Below are positions 9,165-16,718 of a stretch of 64,000 nt of DNA, one piece after another; position 1 is the stretch's first letter; each line of letters begins with the position of its first letter. The position numbers were made by a program, and so were the translations under genes. Source of the stretch: an uncultured Clostridia bacterium (lineage in GTDB: Bacteria; Bacillota; Clostridia; Christensenellales; UBA1242); the NCBI GenBank assembly GCA_944332315.1, contig CALVJT010000021.1:8896-72895 (forward strand), read 5' to 3'. The notes under the pieces are model-generated. The model saw only the letters and a program-made list of their open reading frames with translations, did no database searches and had not been told where the DNA came from.

Positions 9165-10267
9165 TGAGAAGTTTATATATACACATTCCATTTTGCGAGC
9201 AAAAATGTTATTACTGCGATTTTTGTAGCTTTGTTGTAGGCGAAAATGATATAGAGTGCTATATTAAAAAACTTTGCGCGGAAATAGTAAAAAAAGGCAC
9301 AGGTGAGTCTCTTAAAAGCGTTTATATTGGTGGGGGAACGCCTAGCTTATTAAACAATGTGCAAATAGTTACAATACTTGAAAGCACGCAAAAAGCCTTT
9401 ACTATTAATAGTGAATGCGAAATATCCATAGAGTGCAACCCCAACTCGCTTACTATAGATAAATTAAAAGCCTATAAAGACGGCGGAATAAATAGAATAA
9501 GCATAGGTGTACAATCATTAAACGATGACATACTAAAAGCTATAGGTAGGGTGCATACATCTTTGGATGTTTATAAAATTGCAGATAAAATAGCTTGCTA
9601 TATACCGAACTTTAACTTTGATGTTATGATAGGCTTGCCCAATTTGACTATTGAAGATTTAATTAATACTCTTGAAAAATTGATATCTTTTGCTCCTACT
9701 CATATATCAATGTATTCTTTAATACTAGAAAGTGGCACCCCTTTATATAAGCGCGTAAAGCAAAAGCTGGTACAGTTGCCTAACGCTGATTATGTTGTGG
9801 AACAGTACGATGCTGGGCTAAACTACTTGCAAAGCAATGGGTACGATAGATACGAAATATCTAATTTTGCTAAACAAGGCTATCAATGTAAGCACAATTT
9901 GCAATACTGGCAGTGTGGAGAATACTATGGGGCGGGACTAAATGCTCATTCCTATATAGATGGAGCAAGATACTGCAATACCAATAGTTTGGAGGAATAT
10001 CTTAAAGGAGATTTTCAGCCCAACTATTTGGAGCATTTGACCCAAAGTGAAAAGATAGAGGAATGTATTATGCTTGCAATGAGAACTGCTTGCGGGCTAA
10101 ATACAGTAAACCTAAAAGCGCAACTTGGCTATGACATTATAAAAGAAAAAAGCAAAGAAATAGATTGGTTAATAAAAAATAAATTTATAGAAAGGCAAGG
10201 GGATAATCTTTGTATTTGCAAAGATAAATTTTATGTAAGCAATTCTATAATCGAAAAACTTTTGTAA
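9164..10267 (+). CDS. hemW: radical SAM heme chaperone HemW (HemN-like, coproporphyrinogen oxidase family)
   Basis: The N-terminus LYIHIPFCEQKCYYCDFCS carries a CxxxCxxC radical-SAM cluster. It has the conserved position downstream of lepA, with a start/stop overlap. Confidence 0.85.
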   Translation: MRSLYIHIPFCEQKCYYCDFCSFVVGENDIECYIKKLCAEIVKKGTGESLKSVYIGGGTPSLLNNVQIVTILESTQKAFTINSECEISIECNPNSLTIDKLKAYKDGGINRISIGVQSLNDDILKAIGRVHTSLDVYKIADKIACYIPNFNFDVMIGLPNLTIEDLINTLEKLISFAPTHISMYSLILESGTPLYKRVKQKLVQLPNADYVVEQYDAGLNYLQSNGYDRYEISNFAKQGYQCKHNLQYWQCGEYYGAGLNAHSYIDGARYCNTNSLEEYLKGDFQPNYLEHLTQSEKIEECIMLAMRTACGLNTVNLKAQLGYDIIKEKSKEIDWLIKNKFIERQGDNLCICKDKFYVSNSIIEKLL

Positions 10268-10445
10268 GCCAAAACTGTATTTTATTTTTTATAATAGTTT
10301 GTAAAAGAATATGCATTTTTGGATAAACAAACAAAATTACTGCACTAGCTTCGTATAGCTGTGCCAATTAATAAATATTATAATACACCTTATAAAGGGT
10401 ATTTTATAAATATAATACACAACATATAGATATTGGGAGTAGAAT

Positions 10446-11774
10446 ATGAAATTAAAACCAACAGTGGCAATAGTAGGCCGACCAAATGTGGGCAAAAGCA
10501 CACTATTTAATAAACTTGTAGGCAAACGCGTTAGCATTGTAAAGGATGAACCTAATGTTACGCGCGATAGAGTTATTATGGATGCCGAATGGCTAAACTA
10601 TAAGTTCACTTTAGTAGATACAGGCGGGCTGGAATTAAAAAGTCAGGATGAAATGCATAAGCACATAGTGTACCAAGCAAAACTGGCAATTGATGTTGCG
10701 GATGTGATAATATTTATGGTGGATGGCAAACAAGGCGTTTTGCAGGGCGATTACGATGTTGCCGAAATTCTGCGAAAATCTAAAAAGCCAGTAGTGCTAG
10801 CCGTAAATAAAGTGGATAATAACAGGTGCGATACTCTATACGATTTTTATGCTCTAGGGCTAGGCGAGCCTATGGCAATTTCTAGCGAGCAAGGCAAAGG
10901 GTTAGGGGATATGCTAGATGTAGTTGTAAAGGACTTTGAGCAAATACCTGCCGATAGCGAGGAAAATGAGCCACTAAAAATTGCAATAGTGGGCAGACCC
11001 AATGTAGGTAAATCTAGTTTGACTAATCGATTGCTTGGCAGTGATAGAATGGTGGTGGCCGATAAAGCGGGCACCACGCGTGATAGCATAGATAGCTTGT
11101 TTAGATACAATGGCACCGATTATATTTTAATAGATACCGCAGGTATACGCCGAAAAAATGCAATAGAGATGGACAGCGTGGAATACTATAGCGTTATACG
11201 CTCGCTCGATGCAATTAAGCGCGCAGATGTAAGCATTATTGTGCTAGATGCCAGCGAGGAAGTTACTGAACAGGATGTAAAAATTGCAGGGCTTGTGCAC
11301 GAGCAAGGTAAGCCATCGGTTGTAGTTTATAATAAATGGGATAAGCTAGAAAAAGATGAATCTACTGCCCGTAGATATAAGCAAAAACTGGATGAGGACC
11401 TTAAATTTATGTCGTACTTTGTGCCACTTTATGTATCTACAAAAACGGGACAAAGGCTATCAAGCATAATGCCCGCAGTGCTTAAAGTTTACGAAAATGC
11501 ATCTAAACGCCTGCAAACAAGCACATTGAACCAAATTCTTATGGATGCCATAACTATAACACCGCCTCCATCACAAAACGGCAAAAGATTAAAAATAAAG
11601 TATATGACGCAAGCATCCACAAATCCGCCTACATTTATACTGTTTGTAAACGATAGCACTTTGCTACACTATAGCTACGAAAGATACCTTGAAAATCAAT
11701 TGCGCAACGCCGTAGATTTTAGCGGTACCCCAATATTACTTATAGCCCGCGATAAGGGCGCAAAAGAGGAATGA
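10446..11774 (+). CDS. der: ribosome-biogenesis GTPase Der (EngA)
   Basis: Two tandem G-domains (GRPNVGKSTLFN at aa 10 and GRPNVGKSSLTN at aa ~183) plus a KH-like C-terminus. Confidence 0.95.
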   Translation: MKLKPTVAIVGRPNVGKSTLFNKLVGKRVSIVKDEPNVTRDRVIMDAEWLNYKFTLVDTGGLELKSQDEMHKHIVYQAKLAIDVADVIIFMVDGKQGVLQGDYDVAEILRKSKKPVVLAVNKVDNNRCDTLYDFYALGLGEPMAISSEQGKGLGDMLDVVVKDFEQIPADSEENEPLKIAIVGRPNVGKSSLTNRLLGSDRMVVADKAGTTRDSIDSLFRYNGTDYILIDTAGIRRKNAIEMDSVEYYSVIRSLDAIKRADVSIIVLDASEEVTEQDVKIAGLVHEQGKPSVVVYNKWDKLEKDESTARRYKQKLDEDLKFMSYFVPLYVSTKTGQRLSSIMPAVLKVYENASKRLQTSTLNQILMDAITITPPPSQNGKRLKIKYMTQASTNPPTFILFVNDSTLLHYSYERYLENQLRNAVDFSGTPILLIARDKGAKEE

Positions 11775-11950
11775 TTGAATTAAGAATAGGTTTATTAGCA
11801 AAAATAAAGTTATAAACGATAAATTATCTTTGCTAAATTTGATATAAGCCAAATTATAATTTTAAGCCAAATTTTTATTAAATAAAACTAAAATTTTATA
11901 AAAACCGAAAACAAAAATAAACAACAAGAATAAACAAATAGGAGCTTCCT

Positions 11951-12754
11951 ATGGAATGGTATATGTTTGTGGTGCTGGGGCTCGAAGTTTTGGCATCATA
12001 CTTTTTTGGCAATATAAGTGTTGCTAGAATAATTTCCAAAATAAAAAAGGGTGATATTACAAAAGTGGGCAGTGGCAACCCAGGGTCGACCAATATGCTG
12101 AGGGCGTATGGAGCAAAACTTGGCTTTTTGACATTGCTACTAGATATTATAAAAGGTGTTTTGCCCGCTTTGATGGGGTACCTAACTTTTATGTTTGTAG
12201 ATGACGGCAACTTTATGCTTGTGGGCTTATATGCCTGTGGGCTAGGTGCCGTTGTGGGACATATGTTTCCTGTGTGTTATAAATTTAAGGGCGGTAAAGG
12301 GGTAGCCACCACACTAGGGGTGTTTGCCGTTGCCGACCCGCTGATAATGTTGTTTGTATTTGTAGGCGCGTTTATATATGTAATATTTTTTGAATATGTG
12401 TCAGTGGCATCACTACTGCTTGTAACAGCAATGGCAATAGTAGAGGTTTATAAAATACCCGAAGGTTTGCCAAGTGGGGTATCACTCACCATTCGAGTGC
12501 TTATATTTGTACTGTTTACACTTGTGTGGTTTGCGCATAGACAAAACATACAACGCCTGCTTGTAGGCAAAGAAAATAAAGCCAACCTTAAAAAAGCCTT
12601 GCGCAAAATGCTAAAACAAGAGAAAAAAGAGCAAAAACAACAAAAGAAAATTGAACATAAAGAATTAAAAGCAATTAAAAAGCAAAAGAAAAAGCTCAAA
12701 AAGCATAGAGCCTCATTGATTGTATCTCATGAATATAAGGGCATAAATCATTAA
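11951..12754 (+). CDS. plsY: glycerol-3-phosphate acyltransferase PlsY with a ~65-aa Lys-rich C-terminal extension
   Basis: GSGNPGSTN and the FKGGKGVAT motifs with multiple TM helices. The tail KENKANLKKALRKMLKQEKKEQKQQKKIEHKELKAIKKQKKKLKKH lies beyond the usual ~200-aa PlsY core. Confidence 0.85.
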   Translation: MEWYMFVVLGLEVLASYFFGNISVARIISKIKKGDITKVGSGNPGSTNMLRAYGAKLGFLTLLLDIIKGVLPALMGYLTFMFVDDGNFMLVGLYACGLGAVVGHMFPVCYKFKGGKGVATTLGVFAVADPLIMLFVFVGAFIYVIFFEYVSVASLLLVTAMAIVEVYKIPEGLPSGVSLTIRVLIFVLFTLVWFAHRQNIQRLLVGKENKANLKKALRKMLKQEKKEQKQQKKIEHKELKAIKKQKKKLKKHRASLIVSHEYKGINH

Positions 12755-12803
12755 AGGAGCAATTAAAAACATAAAATTAAAGTTAAATATACTCACAAAA
12801 TAG

Positions 12804-12833
12804 TTGATTAAAAATAAAATTTTATGTTATACT
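12804..12833 (+). promoter_or_regulatory. sigma-A-type promoter upstream of the poly-G leader and surface-protein gene
   Basis: TTGATT (12804-12809), 18-nt spacer, TGtTATACT (12825-12833). Confidence 0.5.
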
Positions 12834-12893
12834 CTATTAAATAATACAAACGAAAAAGGAGAACAAAGTATGTTTAATTTTAATAAAATGGTA

Positions 12894-12907
12894 GGGGGGG
12901 GGGGGGG
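12894..12907 (+). repeat. homopolymeric G14 tract inside the 5' coding region of the surface-protein gene (candidate slipped-strand switch)
   Basis: 14 consecutive G counted directly. SD AAGGAG (12856-12861) and ATG 12870 lie upstream. The ATG frame stops at TAG 12912-12914. The large ORF is in the +1 frame. Confidence 0.9.
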
Positions 12908-12960
12908 TAGGTAGTAGAGATAGTACTACTAAAAACTCTAGCGAATCTACAAATAAAAGT

Positions 12961-15900
12961 TTGCCAAATGTAAATGCGGGGTACAATATTAATGAATCGG
13001 GGGATATTAGTACTTATAAAAATCAAAGAGCGGGCAAACTTTTATGCGAGCAATTAAACATAAAAACTAGCAACTCTAAAACACAAGATACGCATACAAA
13101 ATCTTATATTACAAGCGCAAAGCGTATAAAAAGCAATAAAAATAGAAATAGTAATATAGGTGATAGTATGCAAAATAGAATAAATAATAAAGATACCAAA
13201 AATTTAATAAATAATCGAGCAACAAATAAAGCAAGGTATGCAAATATAAAAGTTGCACCGCTGCAAAAATCTGCACTACAAAGAGTAATGTGGCTTTTGG
13301 CATTTATAACTTTGTTCGTATTGGCTCTGCAACCCGTGCTGCAAAATAGGGGCAATATAGCACAGGCAGGTGGACCAACCAGCGGAACAGGTTATACCAA
13401 TGCTCCTGCTACACAGGTAGGCGGTGGTAAAGCGTTGTTTATAGCCAACAATTCAACAGACAGTTCGGAACAAAGCTATAAATCATTAGGAATAAATCCA
13501 AATGTTTTATTTGATTTATTCGAAAAAATAAATGATGAAAGTGTTTGGGGGAATAAAGAAGTATTAAGTAGTGGAGTTACCTATTTAAGCGCTAAAGATT
13601 TTGGACAATATGATCCAAACACAAACAATGCGCAAATAATACTAAAGCTATTAGGTAGCACAAGCACCACTGACAATGATGTAGATGATGCGGCAAACCA
13701 ATACTGGCAAGTTGTATACCGCAGTGTGAGCAAGGATGAGGATGTACTAACACTATATATGACGCAACCATATAAAACTTCGGTTTTTGAAACAAATTAT
13801 TACGAAGGCAATTATAGCGTTAGCAATATAAGAACGGCAATACAAAACACATATTCAAAAATGGCAGAAACATACTCGGTACTAGATGAATATGTAGTAG
13901 CGCCATACCAACTATCCTCAAGTACAGCATCCGAAATACAAAATTCAAAAAATGCAGATTTACAAGGTAAAACAGACTTTTTGAACCTAGGTGGCTGGCA
14001 AAGCAGTGCATACCAAACATCTGCAAACAGCAATGGTGAATATTATAATGGCACAGGATTTAATAGCGGAACAACTACTTATGGAGACCATGCTTTAGGC
14101 TCAAGTGGTTACGGCAGTGATACAAATACAGAATTGGGCACAGTTTATAACTTAGGCAATGGGCTTGATGGTTTAAGCGTGAAGTACAAGGATCGTGGCT
14201 ATGAATGGGAAAGTGAATTTACAAGCGCATACAATGATAAGATGTGGCTACCAAGTGCATTTGAGGTGCTCTACACAGGATACGCGGGGGAATCACATAG
14301 CACATTACCTGGCACAGAAAGGGGATATGATGGAGATACTAATACTGAATCGTATGTAGATGATCCTTCTAGCGCAGGTGCAACACTTAATGTCCGTAGT
14401 CGTTCAGGGCTCTGGGAACTAAATGGTTACGATAGAGCTTGGGGTGATACATCCGTGGTGGGGGACTGGGCGTGGCTGCGTTCCGGCGTTTCCGGTTACA
14501 ATAGTTGCGCGTGCTCTATCGACTGGCGTGGTTCCTACAGCCCTTACGCTGTCAACGGTAATAACGGGTTGCGGGTTGCGCTCCATCTCAACCTTAAGGA
14601 ACTTGCAAACGCCGTGTTTGCAAGTGTATCTGCTGACGCGTCAGCGGGCAGCGTTGGCTCCCCAAGCGTAAGCTTCCCCGATAGGGGATGGGAGCCAACC
14701 ATCGAAAGTAAATATTCCAATTTAATAATAAAAAACTCTTCGGAATCTTCGATTTCTGCAACATATTCTTTTAATACTAATAAAAAAATGACCTCTTTTA
14801 CACTCAATGGAGAGCCAGTTACAGTGAGTGGCAATTCTGGTAGAGGGTCAGTTAGTGGGGTATGCGATTATAGTTATCAAGTGGGTAGCGGAAATGTAGT
14901 AATTACAATCAGCAATGCCTCGCAAAATGTAAATATTGAGGCACAAATTGATGATGCGGGTTATGCATTGACATTTGATTATGAAACAAATGGTGGAACT
15001 AGCACAACTGCTACAAACGGCATATATGTACAAGGGGCAACCGTTGACCTATCAAATATGCAAGCCGACAAAGGTAATGGCTGGGAATTTGAGGGCTGGA
15101 GTGAAAACCCAAATGCACACAGTGGCAGCATAACAACTTTTCAAATGCCGGGGCAGGCAACCACATTGTATGCAATATTTTCAAAAACCTTAACCGCAAG
15201 TTTTTATCAAATAAACACATCTAGTGCAGAGACTAGGGATGTGACAATTTATAATACAGCTACAAATGGCAATATCATTGATATTCCAGTGGTAAACACA
15301 TCGCTATCCATAGCGGGTGCAACTAATATAACAGCAGTTGGATGGGTAAAAGATGATTCACTCGAAGATACAACTGGTGGTATTACGATAAGTGAGGATG
15401 TAGCGTACTATGCGCGGGTTAATTACACTATAACTATCACATACAACGGCAATGGTGGCAGTGTAAGTCAAGCAAGCAGTACGGGCACAGTTACTATGAC
15501 TGCAAATGGACAAGCAACTGGAGCCACTCCAACAAATGCGCAGATACCTCTTGCAAACAACACAACACCACGACCAAACTACACATTTGTTGGTTGGAAC
15601 TCAAATAGCGGAGGAACAGGCACATCATACACTGCAGGGGAAAGCTACAGCTTTAGTGCAAGTACAACGCTTTATGCTGTGTGGGATAAAACCACAACTA
15701 CAGCTCAACTGACAATAACGCTAGCAACACCGAGCGAGGCTGGAGTTATAATTTATCTTGTGCAAGACAACAAGGTGGCAAAGCAGTTTGTAGTGATGGG
15801 GGAAACAAAAACTATAAGTGTAGAACTAACCAAGGGAGCGGAATACAAAATAATAGTATCTAAGCCATATACATGGCAAGTAGAGTACACAGGTAATGGC

Positions 15901-16014
15901 AGTGTACAAAACGATAACTATGTATTCACGGCATCAAGCGCAGATGTTAGCGAGACTCAGTACACAATTACTGTAAGCGGTGGCAGTATACCAAACAATT
16001 GGTGGATAGTATAA
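12961..16014 (+). CDS. large membrane-anchored surface protein with Listeria-Bacteroides (Flg_new-type) repeats; the true 5' end is uncertain (ATG 12870 via frameshift at the G tract, or internal ATG 13168)
   Basis: One TM/signal-anchor helix (VMWLLAFITLFVLALQPVL). There is a WLRS...GLRVALHLNL lectin-like module. Repeats such as YTLTFDYETNGGT...GWEFEGWSENPN...TLYAIF and ITYNGNGGS...YTFVGWNSNSGGTG...TLYAVW are present. The track start is a TTG without an SD. The frame is open back to 12895. Confidence 0.8.
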   Translation: MPNVNAGYNINESGDISTYKNQRAGKLLCEQLNIKTSNSKTQDTHTKSYITSAKRIKSNKNRNSNIGDSMQNRINNKDTKNLINNRATNKARYANIKVAPLQKSALQRVMWLLAFITLFVLALQPVLQNRGNIAQAGGPTSGTGYTNAPATQVGGGKALFIANNSTDSSEQSYKSLGINPNVLFDLFEKINDESVWGNKEVLSSGVTYLSAKDFGQYDPNTNNAQIILKLLGSTSTTDNDVDDAANQYWQVVYRSVSKDEDVLTLYMTQPYKTSVFETNYYEGNYSVSNIRTAIQNTYSKMAETYSVLDEYVVAPYQLSSSTASEIQNSKNADLQGKTDFLNLGGWQSSAYQTSANSNGEYYNGTGFNSGTTTYGDHALGSSGYGSDTNTELGTVYNLGNGLDGLSVKYKDRGYEWESEFTSAYNDKMWLPSAFEVLYTGYAGESHSTLPGTERGYDGDTNTESYVDDPSSAGATLNVRSRSGLWELNGYDRAWGDTSVVGDWAWLRSGVSGYNSCACSIDWRGSYSPYAVNGNNGLRVALHLNLKELANAVFASVSADASAGSVGSPSVSFPDRGWEPTIESKYSNLIIKNSSESSISATYSFNTNKKMTSFTLNGEPVTVSGNSGRGSVSGVCDYSYQVGSGNVVITISNASQNVNIEAQIDDAGYALTFDYETNGGTSTTATNGIYVQGATVDLSNMQADKGNGWEFEGWSENPNAHSGSITTFQMPGQATTLYAIFSKTLTASFYQINTSSAETRDVTIYNTATNGNIIDIPVVNTSLSIAGATNITAVGWVKDDSLEDTTGGITISEDVAYYARVNYTITITYNGNGGSVSQASSTGTVTMTANGQATGATPTNAQIPLANNTTPRPNYTFVGWNSNSGGTGTSYTAGESYSFSASTTLYAVWDKTTTTAQLTITLATPSEAGVIIYLVQDNKVAKQFVVMGETKTISVELTKGAEYKIIVSKPYTWQVEYTGNGSVQNDNYVFTASSADVSETQYTITVSGGSIPNNWWIV

Positions 16015-16233
16015 ATCTACAAAAGGTTGTATTATAAAATAGCATTAATAAATAAGTTAAATACATTTTTCAAGTGTAGGGGTTAGCATTTGAGAACATA
16101 AAACTTGTTCATAATGTAAATCAAAGGGGAAGGGGAACTATATTTTATAGCAGAGAGATTTATAAAATGAGATTTTAGTCTACGATATGATTCCTCTTAT
16201 AAAAATTATTAGTATTAAATGAAAAAAGAGTTT

Positions 16234-16268
16234 AAGACTACAAAGGGTGTATCCTTTGTAGTCTTTTT
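16234..16268 (+). terminator. rho-independent terminator, 220 nt after the surface-protein stop
   Basis: 13-bp stem AAGACTACAAAGG / CCTTTGTAGTCTT, loop GTGTAT, then TTTTT. Confidence 0.8.
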
Positions 16269-16278
16269 ATATATTCTT

Positions 16279-16378
16279 GTTCTTAATTTTAGTGGTGGAA
16301 TAGTATGTTATTAATTTAGATTTTTGCTAAACTCTTTATTCTAAATATTTAACTAACCCTATTGAATATAATAGAACC
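16279..16378 (+). repeat. intergenic repeat family R1, copy 2
   Basis: GTTCTTAATTTTAGTGGTGG...TTTTTGCTAAACTCTTTATTCTAAATATTTAACTAACCCTATTGAATATAATAGAAC. Confidence 0.65.
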
Positions 16379-16440
16379 TATAATATTCTTTATAATATGG
16401 GCTTAATAAGTTAGACATTAAATAGTTAAATTATTTTATG

Positions 16441-16518
16441 CAAAATGTTGGGTTATTGGCATAAATAATAGTTAAAGCTTAACTAAATTGCACTAACGGC
16501 CTAACTTGATTATAGAGT
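16441..16518 (+). repeat. intergenic repeat family R2, copy 2
   Basis: CAAAATGTTGGGTTATTGGCATAAATAATAG...CTTGATTATAGAGT. It has the same end blocks as 3444-3508 with a longer middle. Confidence 0.55.
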
Positions 16519-16666
16519 TTTTGGTTATCTATAAAATTTAGGTGTGTAGTAGGTACATAAAAGCAATTATAGTTATTATAAGCATTTAATTATCTTACAT
16601 CTTTATAGTGGTAATATTAATTTTATATCCTCATTAAAACAATTATAATCTATTTTTGTGTTTTAA

Positions 16667-16695
16667 TCATAAAGCCAAAAAGGCGTGAATATAAT
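16667..16695 (+). promoter_or_regulatory. candidate mother-cell (sigma-E-like) promoter of spoIVA
   Basis: TCATAAA, 14 nt, AATATAAT. The same 7-14-8 arrangement (TCATAAC-N14-AATATAAT) precedes spoIIIAA at 39798-39826. Confidence 0.4.
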
Positions 16696-16718
16696 GTTAT
16701 AAATCTAGGAGGAGTTTA

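Noticed and set aside
14440-14700. Possibility that the GC-rich lectin-like segment of the surface protein is the variable region of a diversity-generating retroelement.
   Set aside because: The window contains no reverse transcriptase gene and no second, template-like copy of the segment. The idea is left as a compositional anomaly only.
16220-16318. 32-codon ORF (MKKEFKTTKGVSFVVFLYILVLNFSGGIVCY) in the long 3' region after the surface-protein gene. A similar 32-codon ORF lies at about 6971-7069.
   Set aside because: Neither has an SD. The first is built on the two arms of the terminator hairpin, so it is most likely fortuitous.
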